The translations under genes and the position numbers were made by a program. Source: Chrysemys picta bellii (lineage: Eukaryota). Taken from it: a DNA stretch of 64,000 nucleotides. Each line of letters opens with the position of its first letter. Positions within the stretch are counted from its first letter, which is position 1. The DNA lies in NCBI RefSeq assembly GCF_011386835.1, contig NC_088797.1, positions 40,610,001-40,674,000 on the forward strand. Reading direction: 5' to 3'. Under the pieces are notes generated by a model. It worked only from the letters and a program-made list of their open reading frames with translations. It had not been told where the DNA came from and did no database searches. Positions 24,360-35,798 of the stretch are shown in pieces.

Positions 24360-25017
24360 GTAGCCAGTGTGCCCCCTCCGGTGGTGCTCTGCCCATCACC
24401 TCTTCTGCTCCTGGACACATGTCCCTCCAAGGACTGCATTGTCTTCTTCAGTGACTGAACACTTTGACCATGCCACACACTGTGCTCCCCCACTTCCGGG
24501 GACGCCTCTGCAATCCCTGTCCAGCTATTTCTCTCAGTGGTGACTGCAGTCTACTGTCTAGCCTCTTCTCCAGTGGCAAGTTGGGGGGGACCTGGGTCCA
24601 CCCTCTACTCCAGGTCCCCAGGGACCCTGTAGAAGGCCGCTGCTTACTGCACCCCCTCTAACTCCTCAGTAGATTTCCCTGGGCAACTTCCCTGCGGACC
24701 CAGCACCCTCTTTGCTCTTGCCTCAGGGCCTCAGCTTGCAGATCCCTGCTGCCTTTAGCTCCCCAGGTCTCTGCCTGCAGCACTGCTCTGTCCAGGGTGC
24801 TAGCTGCCTTCAGTCTGCAAGGCAAGCTAGTCCTCCTCCCTCCTGGAGCTCCAGGGAGTGACTGAAGCTGCTCTGCCATGCAGCTGTTCTTATAGGGCCT
24901 GCCGGGCCCTGATTGGCTGCTCCCCTTAGCCCTTCTTCGATTGGCTACCTTCTGCGCAGCCTCCCTAGGGCTCTATTAACCCCTTAGAGCCCAGTGTGGG
25001 GCAGGTGCCCCATCACA
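24360..25017. mobile_element. GC-rich solo LTR-like repeat
   Basis: Typical turtle LTR body ending ...gggcaggtgccccatcaCA; left end degenerate. Confidence 0.55.
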
Positions 25018-27058
25018 CATGGATTTTTGTATTGCATTTAGTAAATGCATCATAAAAGTTGTCAGGGGGGAAGACGTGTAGGGAAGTATTGGGCTTTGGG
25101 CGCATCAACTGGATGTTTTTGCTAAAATGATTTACCATCAATGAAATAGATAACATCACATTGGGTTGAAGATGGTTGTTCCCATCTCTCAGAGCTAGCA
25201 ATTCAGGCTGTCTGCAGATTCAAGAAAACAACACTGCATTGGCTTACACTCTGGTTACATTTTCAAGGTTATCTTCAAAATAATGTTTTAATGAAAGCTG
25301 AGATTCTAGAGTGCGATTAACCAATAAGGGCAAAGGGGGTTTCCACAACAAATTACATGATCATGCAATGAGTGAGAAGACTGGGATATATTCCTCTATC
25401 TTCAACGAAGTTCCTATTTGGTTTTCAGTAAGTTTACAACCCAGTTCTTCGGCCCTTCTTATTCACATGTGTGATCATTGTACAAGCAGTCCCTAGCAGA
25501 GATGTGGATACAGCAGTAGAAAGAAGAGTAGATTAAGAGAAAACACTGTCAAAAGCTGCAGTGCATGGCTAATGCCTACAGCATTTGGAGATCGGTCCTA
25601 TTAACATGACTTTGAATTTGAGATTTAATTTATTAAAAAGGAAAATGTGATCTGGATGAAGGATGAAGTGATCTGGAAATATATTTTCACTGCGCTCAGA
25701 TTAATTTTCCAGGGAAAAAAAACATTTTTCAAAAAAAGATTTTTTAAAAAAAATGTTCTAAAGGTTTTCAAAGCGGAATGGTAGTGCCTCTGGTAATGAA
25801 TTTGCAATCTCAATTTCTTTTGCAAATTAAAGCTAACCACAAATGGGTCATGGATGCAATCCCACCAAAACAGCATTCGTTTTACGAGCAGCCTGGGTGT
25901 TCTACTGATGTGCTTTTTGATTCATCATGAGCATCCAATAAATATAAGACCACTTGAAAATGCAGTTCTGAAACTAGTTCTGTCTGGCAGAGCAGGAGGG
26001 AAAGGGGAAAAACAATTAAGTAATTAAAGAGAACATTGATTTTACTCTGAGAACTAGTAAATATTATGTATTTCATTTATGACTTGAATTCAAATGTTGA
26101 AGATATGTTTCTATGTTAAGTTGATTTTTGGGGCCTGATTCTCCACTGTCTTGCATTCTCATTTACACCTGTGTAAATAGGTCTTCTTTGGCCTGAATTC
26201 TTCATTCGTCTCAGATCTCTTCACACTGCCAGATCCATGTAAAGAGGCCTTTGCATAATTGAAGATCAGGCACTGTGTCTTTTTAAAGATACAGGGCCTG
26301 ATTCTCTATTGTACTGCCCCTTGCGTAATTATTTACACTTGTGCAAAGTGAATGCAAGAGTTGGTGTAAAACGTGACCATTGGTTTGAATGAGTGAACGG
26401 AAAACATTTGGTAGCATTTTGCATTGACTTTCCACAGGTCTAGCTAATTAACTGAGGTTCAAGGTCCCTAGTGCTCACTAAAGGAAAGGACAAATAGCAC
26501 AAATTTAATGTTTGATCCTGAGAGCAGTCAGAGTCTTCATGGACAGTTGGCATGCCCAGGAGGATCAGAGGATCAGATCACTGCAGGATCAGAGCCTGAG
26601 GCAGGTGTAGAGTTGGTAGATATCATGTAAGCCTCCTCCCCATAGTTCTGTCATACATGTCATACTCCTGTTATTCCACTTCTCATTCCATTTTAGGAAC
26701 AGGGAGGTTTCATCTTATGTACAAAAGGGGCACCGGGATGAGAGTAAGCCCATTTTCACTTAAGACCTAATGTGGACATGGACTTCAGACTAGGATATGT
26801 ATTTTGTAAGCTCAGCTGATACTAGGTGAAGGAGGAGTGTTAACAGTAGATGACTAGATCTTGCTGCAGTATGCTGCTCTGTGTTAAAAAAACTGTCTTT
26901 ATTATTCAGCTGAGGCAGAGAAAAAATTATTCAAAAACATTTCAAATGTTAAAAGAAAAAAATAAGTTACAGTAGATGTTAAATTGCACCGGCTTCCAAT
27001 GGTGTTTCCCATGCACTTGCTAATACAAGGAATGGGGGAATCAACGGGAAATCCTTAC

Positions 27059-27133
27059 CCTGTAATTTACTAATGGCTGCACACCAGAGTATTGCAGCAT
27101 TTTGGAAAAGAAAGAACCATCTGCTTTGACATC
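27059..27133 (-). CDS. Candidate 75-nt exon (DVKADGSFFSKMLQYSGVQPLVNYR in phase 0)
   Basis: Donor AGG|gtaagg strong; acceptor cttgctcttgagtcag| moderate; two frames open. Confidence 0.25.
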
Positions 27134-28154
27134 CTGACTCAAGAGCAAGTTGGTGGTACAGAAAATGTACACACACAGAGCAAGAAGTCAAGTATACAGA
27201 GAATTGGTATGAAATCTCAGAAAAGCCAGACACAAAGCAGCTGCAATACCTCAGTCAAACTTCCTTTTCTGGGCCCGGAGCACACTTGAATTCGCTAAGC
27301 AATCAGCACAACTGCACAGTAGACATCTCTAGGGGGTGGTAGCACCTGCCGTTTCCTTGCTTTCCTGACTTCGCTCTGCTTAGCCATCTGTAGAAATGCA
27401 CCTTCCAGGTCTACCAACCTTTTTGCCCTTTATGAACCTAAAATATATCTAAACACATCACTAAACACCTTGGTTGTATCCTATGCAATGGAATATGCAA
27501 GTACTATCAGTACCCCCACTATTAGAGTTCATGTCCCATACAAGCACCTCCAAGCTAGTGTCCAAGTCTCATGTGAGCAACAACACATGGCAGCAGTCAC
27601 GTCTAAAGAAAACACGCAGCACATTGTAGTGTCTGACTTTTTGATTGGCTTAAGGGATAACACCAGCCATACAGCTAGTCAGCTTGGGTTTAAAAGCTGC
27701 ATTCTAACTTATCTCCTGCCACCAGGATCAGTTTAAGAGGAGTCAGCTCTTCACCCATCCTCCAGACACTATTTCCTTAACTGTCTCCACAAACACATGC
27801 ACCAATTCAGAATGCATTGCGTGTTCTCTCCCTCACCCACTGCAGGGCTCAGTCCCCAGAAATTTACATGGCACAGGAGTTTGTGACAGATGGAGAGGAG
27901 AGGTCACTAACTGAATCTAGGAGCCCCAAACAATTGTTTTCACAGGCATCCCCATGTTTGTCTAAACTGGTCTTGATCATGGCTGTGCTTTTTACTGGAC
28001 TGGTCCCTGCAGCTGTATTGTTGTGTTCTCTAGCTGGGTGAATAAAGAGGATCATTCTTTCACCAGTGAGTATTTTGGCCTCATCTAAACTACTCATGTG
28101 ACACTACACGATACTAAGAAAAATGTGGCAGTGGGCAGATATGTTAACATATGC

Positions 28155-28461
28155 CGGGGTAGGCAACCTATGGCACACGTGCCGAAGGTGGCACACAAGC
28201 TGATTTTCAGTGGCACTCACACTGCCCAAGTCCTGGCCACCAGTCTGGGGGGCTCTGCATTTTAATTTAATTTTAAATGAAGCTTCTTAAACATTTTAAA
28301 AACCTTATTTACTTTACACACAACAATAGTTTAGTTATATATTATACTTATAGAAAGAGACTTCTAAAAACGTTAAAATGTATTACTGGCACGCAAAACC
28401 TTAAATTAGAGTGAATAAATGAAGACTTGGCACACCACTTCTGAAAGGTTGCCGATCCCTG
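28155..28461. mobile_element. hAT-Charlie-type MITE
   Basis: TIRs CGGGGTAGGCAACC / GGTTGCCGATCCCTG; perfect 8-bp TSD ACATATGC. Confidence 0.9.
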
Positions 28462-28646
28462 ACATATGCCAATTATTTTGCTGTACTGAATATATAGTAA
28501 ATTCAAGTTTTAAACACGATTATAATTCTTAATTAACCAATAACTGACCCAGCAACTTAATCCCCACCCATTCTTCTTCTTATTTGAACCGTATTAATAG
28601 TGTACTAGTTATGATGCAAATTGTCTTAGTATGATGCATAACAGTA

Positions 28647-28815
28647 GGCCAAGACTTTTGAAAGTGACTCAAGATTTTTGGTGCCCAACTTTAGAAAACT
28701 TAAAGGAGCCTGATTTTCAGAAAGTGCTGAGCACCAACTTTTTGAAATTCAGGCTCCTTTAAAGCATCTCAAGTTGGACACCCAAAGTCACTATTCACGT
28801 GTGAAAATCTTGGCC
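28647..28815. mobile_element. Palindromic Harbinger-type MITE
   Basis: ggccaaga...tcttggcc ends, with internal self-complementary ggagcctgattttcagaaagtg...ctttttgaaattcaggctcc. Confidence 0.65.
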
Positions 28816-30218
28816 ATGGTATTTTAGAAAAGGCGGCAAAAAGATAGTTGATCTATGTAGCATATGGCTTTGAAACAATGCTTCTAAAATTCCCTATTAG
28901 TGGTCTGATGGCTTTATAAAAGTTTAGATTCAAAACTGGTCTTGAAAATTATTTGGAGAAGTCAAAAGAGCCGCTTGTTAGAAATGGTGCGTGTTTGGGA
29001 AATCCAAATGAAATTCTATATATCAATAATTTGAAAATAGTGCTCATTAAGGCATCTGCCCATATGAAGATAATCTCTTGTTTCCGGTCATAAGAGAAAT
29101 ACTTTTTTTTTAAATGCCCTTAATGTCCTACAGTTATGAGCTAGCTTGAAACAGAGGGCTGATAATATTAACTAGCTGTTTACATGAAGGAAAATAAAAC
29201 AAAAAATTAGCATAGAAATTTGCTTTGGATTCCAAACTGCTTTCACCCTTTGTGGATTTGGAACTACATTTCTCAAACACCACCACTTTGTTTGAACAAC
29301 AATGAAAACAAAACTAAAAGTGAACAGTGTGATCCTATTCTATAATCCTCATCCTGGAAGCCAAATATTTGAGGACTAAGCCTGTCCTCAGATATGCACA
29401 TGTGTATCTCAAACAATAGTTAATTGTATTTTTTTTAAAAGGAGAAACAGGAATGCACAGAAGCCAACGGTACATATCCATTGTCCAATCACCCCAAAGT
29501 CCAACAACCCAAAAGTCTCTGTCCCTTGTCAGTGCCACCCCAGAGTTCAAAAGTCCCACCCACTCATTCTTTCAAAGAAGCGAGTGTAGTTGCAAGGACT
29601 GTGTGGCAATCTTTACTCCAGGAATGCAAAGGAATCTCAAAGTGGATTGTAAAGTATATAATAATTTATTGATACCTAGCTTTTCTACAGTGCATATCAC
29701 CAATAGATCTCAAGGCACTTTATAATCTATATGTAATGTTCTAGCTTCTGGGCGTCTTGCAGGTAGAAGAATTTTAGGTGTGGTTCCTAAATCTCTTGTA
29801 TCTCTTGCTAGATTCATTTTTCCAGTAGCTTCCCCCCAGTTATTCTGCTCTTCATCAGTCTCAAAAGCAACAGTTGGCAAATTTTACTGCTCTCTGACAA
29901 GATTAAATAATGCTAAGCACCTGCTCCACTTCTTTACTGTCTGCAGGAGTTTATTACCACTTCATGAACAGACTCCGGAGCCATATTGCATGATTAATGG
30001 ATGATGTCTACCACACACCGCTCAGATTCCTAGTCCAATAAGATAAAAATGAAGGATCATATTTAATAAAAAACTCAAACCAGCCATCTTTGTCTCATTT
30101 TTGCATATTAACAGAAACTAATTCAGAGAGGGGTGAGTTTATGTCACAGGTTATAAGAATTAATGGTATTTTTTCTCTCTCTTTTGGGGGGTGATTTTCA
30201 AACGCACTCAGTACTCAC

Positions 30219-30356
30219 CACACACTTCTCATGTCGATGTCGATGGGAGTTTTAGCATTATCTTCAATGGGAGCAGCATTAGGCCAAACAGTGCTTTTGA
30301 AAACTATTCTTGGGTTTGGCATTCCTCCATAGTAGCTCAGTGTGAGATCTCCTTCC
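30219..30356 (-). CDS. Candidate 138-nt exon, phase 2-2 (EGDLTLSYYGGMPNPRIVFKSTVWPNAAPIEDNAKTPIDIDMRSV)
   Basis: Donor GTG|gtgagt strong; acceptor weak and abutting a MITE; frame open and protein-like. Confidence 0.35.
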
Positions 30357-30386
30357 CTGTGCACATCCAGGACTCATGGTCCTCAG

Positions 30387-30782
30387 TAGAGCTGGTTGGG
30401 AATTTTTCTCCGAACCATTTATTCAGCAAAAATGCCTATTCATCAAAAATAAAACTGTTCATGAAACAAGCGATGAAACGTCCAACTAAAAAAAAATTGG
30501 AAAATAGGTTCAAACAATGGTTGAAACATCCCCTTCCAACATTTTCAAACTGGAATTTAGACTAAAATCATGTTAAAAAAGGGGGGAGGAAGGTCAAAAT
30601 CAAAAGAGAGCATTTCAAAATTATTAAAATGAAAAATTTTGTTTGAACTGATTTGAAATTATTTTTGGTTTTTCATTAGCAAAATTTTTGAAATTTCAAC
30701 TTTTTATCCCAATTCAGGATGAGAAAAAAAAATTATATCAAAAATTTTTGCAACATGTGAAATTCATTTCAGACCCAGCCCT
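30387..30782. mobile_element. Old AT-rich MITE (TAGAGCTGG terminus)
   Basis: Shares terminus tagagctggttgggaattttt with the 8737-9145 element. Confidence 0.6.
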
Positions 30783-32125
30783 GTCTTCACTATTTACATC
30801 TCCATTCTGAGCTATAGCCAGCACCTGACCAAATTTTATTCGATGAGGAACACATTAATTTTCCATACCGCCAAAAGTAGAGGATGATCTTTGGAAACAC
30901 TTAAGACTCTTGAATAAGGAAGGTGTTTGGGAGATGTAGGTAAGCTGGAAATGTTTCCAAATCCCAGTCAGCACAAGATGCTGAAATAAATATTTTCCCT
31001 TGTGCCTAAGCGTGTACTGTTTAGATTGTGGGTCATGGCAATGTGAAGTGTCAAAATAGGATTTTTAGGTTTAATAGTAAGAAGCATGAAAAGCTATTTT
31101 CCATCATAATGAAACATGCAGCCATTCTCAGAGTTGTGTTGGGCATGGACCCATGTCAGGTTGCTGTTACTGCTGGAGATAAACTGTGGAGGTGGGACCA
31201 TGAAGCATCTGGTGTCACCAAAGGTTGTGAAATACTCCTCGACTGCATGAATAGGGCTGAAGATCACATACCACTGTATATCACCCCTAGTACCACCCAA
31301 GATCCCCTGTGGAGTAGCTCATGTGGAAGAGTTATTCCCCGCAGGCTCAGCGAGTGAAGCCTGCTAAGAATGGCCAAGATATTAATTCCACAACCACAAA
31401 GCACCAAAGAAATGCACCTGCTATTTTATCATCATTCACATTAGCTACCTTTCACTTGCCTCCATATGGGCTACTATCTTTGGGAAACTAAGCTGGTGCT
31501 GGAGGGGTCACCTAGAGCTGTTTATTATTGCTGTTTTTTCCTCATTTGGACAGAAATGTGTGTGAGAAAAAAAAACAGCAAATGCTTTTTGAAAAAATGT
31601 GGTCATGGTTGATCGTGTCTGCGCTGCTTGTCAGATGCCTGTGATTACATGTCCAGGTGACTTAGAGCTTAGAAACAAGGTTGTAAATTAGTTGGCAGAT
31701 AAGGAATGTTTAAAGCAAAGCAAAATGTCAAAACAGCAAGCCACAAGGACAGTAGCAGAAAGAAAAGGGTTATGGGATGTGGTGTTAACATGTCATGAGG
31801 GAAAGCAGCAAACAAAACTGGGGAATATTAAAATACTTAAAATTATCATAGTAAGGAAATATCATTTGGAGGAGTGGAGGCAGAGTCACAAGATATAATA
31901 ATAAAGAGTGATTATACAGAACTAACAGGCACTGTCATAGGAAACAATAGCAATCAGAAGCATTGCTGCAGAGATGTTTTAATAATGCAAAGGTCATGCT
32001 TATATTAGAGCTACATTCTGAACTACACTGGCCAACTGGTCTTGGAAAACTTCGTAACAATGATGTTTTGGCAGCATTATCGAAGTAAGGATGAATGCAC
32101 AAGCTCGTCCAATGCCTGCACTTAC

Positions 32126-32251
32126 CTGATCCTGAGGATAGGCTACTTCTGATTGTAATGAATATTATATAGAGGTGCTTCATCTTCCAGATGCTTCATA
32201 TAACAGCATTGCATTGCTTCCTTTGAGGGACCTCCTCTTTATTAGCATCCC
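32126..32251 (-). other. Candidate 126-nt exon with in-frame stop(s)
   Basis: Acceptor cttgtaaattttccag| and consensus donor CAG|gtaagt. The phase 1-1 frame has a single TGA (DANKEEVPQRKQCNAVI*SIWKMKHLYIIFITIRSSLSSGS). Confidence 0.3.
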
Positions 32252-33167
32252 CTGGAAAATTTACAAGAATACAGTTGAAGAATATATACCTAAATGCTAG
32301 GTGAAAACAGTTTACAAAGGTGATGGAGCAAGCGCTAAGAAGTTAATTTGCTGAAGACAAATTTGGGATTTTTCAAAGCCCCTGAGAGGTCCCGATGCCC
32401 AATTTCTACTAAAATTAATGGAAACAACTATCCAAATCCCCTTGACATTTTGAAAATCTCAGCCAAAGTCGATCACATAATAAAGTAATGAAGTTAGCAA
32501 GATTTCTTAATTTTCTCTGTTCTCTTGTTTACTCCTTGATTCGTCCCTGTTAATATTTGTTTAGGTGCCCCTATGCCACTGGCATTCCAGGAGTTTGAAA
32601 AGAACTCAGATCCCCATTAATAGATCATATTTAAAACCATGCTATTAAAATACTAAAATCAGCTCAATGAGCAGGGCGGAAGTATTTCTGAAATAGGAGG
32701 CTTTGTTTCAAACAGGGCAGGTCTGGGGCCCTTCTCATGTCTCCAGGACAGCATTCCTCAGGCTCAGTGCTATGGAGATGAAACTCTCAGTTCTCAGGGT
32801 CCTAGGACTTCTGATATTAGAAAATGAAGCAGTACATACCAGCAGGGGGGCAAAACTCTTGAAGATGTTTACCACTCAGTACCTGACCCAGTTTTCCAAA
32901 GCAGTACTTCCATTAAAGTTGATAAGAGTGCTGAGTGCAACTCTATGGCAGGTTCAGGCATAATTATAAGCTGCTCAGTTAGTAACTAAACTACAACAAG
33001 CTGGGCTACAGAAAGCTAGACCAGCAGGGACCTGCCAGTCATCACTTTTCCAATGGCTTGTGTTGAGCCGTCTTTTGGGATAACTTAGAAAACATTTTCC
33101 TTAAGGTGTTTCTCTCCCTATGGGCTATTCTTATGAAAAAGTGTAGCTTCTTCCTTACATGCTAAGA

Positions 33168-33247
33168 GTGGGTAAGCCCTTGGCATTAGATTTACATTAC
33201 CAGACCTGTGGGTAAGCCCTTGGCATTAGATTTACATTACCAGACCT
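33168..33247. repeat. Perfect 40-bp tandem duplication
   Basis: gtgggtaagcccttggcattagatttacattaccagacct x2. Confidence 0.97.
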
Positions 33248-34770
33248 GATTGCCTATGCAGTACTGGGAATGAACATGGAATACTACACAGAAGGGAACT
33301 GGCTCCTCAGAATGCCATGGCTGACCTATCATTAGACATGCAGAGCTGCTAGGAAACAGCCAACGAACCATGAGCAGTAGCCCCTCTCAGAGTCTATGCA
33401 GTCCATTGAAACCACCAGGGACAAATTAGCCCTTTGGGGAGGGACAATGGATATGTGGGAGCTGCAAAACTCATTTTTAGTTTTAACAAGCATTTTAAAA
33501 AGTTCTGACAAGGAAGAGAATGTAGAATCTTCCCCCCAGAGACGGGGGTGATGGGCACCATATACGCACTGGTTATAGATAAAACTAAAAAATGCACTTT
33601 CATGTTATTCTTGTAAACTACTTCATATAATCAGTATGCAATGTCTGCAATCATTGGGCCAAGTTTGTCAGGCAATGGGAGCTCTGCTTGAGAGGACAGC
33701 AGAATTTGGCTCTTAGACATGGAATTCATGTATCTGCAGACAGAAGGATTTGAAATCAGGACGTATCTTTGTTTCATGTTTGTGTACCGAGTTTTTCTTT
33801 AATAACATAAGGGGGAGGCTTTAGAGCATCCACACCAGAAATTCTTTCAGTTTTCCTACATCCGACCAACTTGGGACATTCCTAAAAGATGATTTTCTTG
33901 TGAAATTTCTGTCTTGTAATACAAATCATATCTAATGTCTAGTATCGCATGAAAACACCTACTCTTAATTTTGGGCTGGTATTCTTTCTATTACTGTGCT
34001 ACTAGGAGCAGTTAGCAGGATGTTATTTCAATAGTGCTCTAGAGAGTTTTATTGGTTCGTTTCCTTTTCTAAATCTGGTCTGATGTTGTCAGCATTGCCC
34101 TGCAGTTCTTCAGAAAAATGTGCATACAGCGTACCAGTTTTTTTTTCCTCAGAGAGAGATCTGATTATCTTTTAATTTCCTTATACAGTCAACATTCAGA
34201 AATAATGAAAGACTTGCTGCCTGTATTAGATTAACAATTGAACTATTTAAGGAAAGGTGGAGGAAGCAGGAGGAAGTGACTGAAATGAAATCTTCGATCT
34301 CTATGCTTACTGTAGCTACTATGTTCTATTGCTTCATCTCTATTATCTCTTCTCTTGGGGGTTAATTATGCTGTAATTCATTGCCTATGTAAGGGAATAA
34401 TTGGACATGTCAGCTCTTATGTATACCCTCACTTACAGTGCAGGGGTAGAGCATGCTTGCCCTTGCATGGCCATAAGAGGCCTCTCTGCATGGCCCATGT
34501 AAGTATTGCCCAGAATCTCAGCCTCTGCATTTGGGGAACTAACTGCCGCTGGTAGTAAGTGGGGCTGCCCACCCCACCATTCCTCACACACATCCTTAGA
34601 AGCAATTGGTCAGACCTTATCTCCAAACCATTCCCTAGGAGCAGTCTCCCAGAGATGGCCAGTCACATAGGAGGAGGAAAGGAGAGTACACTCTACCTTT
34701 TAAATGGGAGTAGTAAGTTATTCTCCCCTTCAATGCAATGGGGACATCCATCCAGCAAAGCCCACATAAA

Positions 34771-35028
34771 GAACAGGAGTACTTATGGCACCTTAGAGAC
34801 TAACAAATTTATTAGAGCATAAGCTTTTGTGGGCTACAGCCCACTTCTTCGGATGCATACAGAGTGGAATAAATATTGAGGAGATATATATACACACATA
34901 CAGAGAGCATGAACAGGTGGGAGTTGTCTTACCAACTCTGAGACACCAATTAAGTAAGAGAAAAAAACTTTTGAAGTGATAATCAAGATAGCCCAGTACA
35001 GACAGTTTGATAAGAAGTGTGAGAATAC
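34771..35028 (-). mobile_element. Penelope-like element terminal fragment
   Basis: gaacaggagtacttatggcaccttagagactaacaaatttattagagcataagc...ttcggatgcatac; contains a hammerhead motif with G12-to-A change at 34817-34856. Confidence 0.85.
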
Positions 35029-35704
35029 TCCACATGGCTCCTGATGCTGCCTCTGGAGTGGTCTGCCTCAGGGGTTTTCAGGACAAATTATTTGGTGGCC
35101 TCAGAGTGCGGCCACCAACTCTTGCTGGTAGCTGCTTTCACACTTTTTTCCTAAAATGCTTAATTAGCTTTAGGAAAAACAAATAAATATGCACATAGAC
35201 ACATCCAAATCATATTAATTTATTGCTAGCTAGTAAGTCTGTTGAAAAAAGTAATATTAACAAACATACAAGTATCACTTTTCACAGCAGACTTACTCAG
35301 CTCCGGCAAGCCTGGGGACAAACTAAGCCCTGGATGGGTGGTCAGGGGAGGGAGTGGGGGGCCGGAGCCTGAATCCCCACGGACGGGGGATGGGCCCTGA
35401 AGCCACGTGGAAGGAGCCCAGTGCTGGAGCCAAAAGCCCCACGGCCAGAGCCTGCCACCCCAGGGATGAAGCCCAAAGCCTGAGCACCACCGCCCCTGGG
35501 AAGGTGGCGTACTCCCCGGCTGCCTGCTCCTCCAGTTGTGCCCCAGGTGTCTCCAGAGGGGGGCAGGGCCCAACCCCTGCTGGCGGCCACAGCAACAAAC
35601 ACCAAGGCGGTGCATCCACGAGCAACAGGGAAGGGAGGCGCCACTGCTTTGCCCCCCTCCCCAGCCCAAGAGCCACAGTGGCCACATTTGATAAAAGTTG
35701 CTCT
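35029..35704. mobile_element. GC-rich hAT-type non-autonomous element, left end disrupted
   Basis: Turtle MITE body with gcctgagcaccaccgcccc-type GC motifs; right end gtggccacatttgataaaagttg. Confidence 0.5.
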
Positions 35705-35798
35705 ATGCCATCCTTCACAACAGACTGTACCTAACGGGATTAGTGACTAACACCGCTTTAATTAGACTGGGACAAAATTTAACTTTCACTGAATCCAA

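Noticed and set aside
28033-28064. Strong + strand acceptor/donor pair (32-nt exon)
   Set aside because: Isolated, with no consistent + strand gene; shows that strong splice-like sites arise by chance here.
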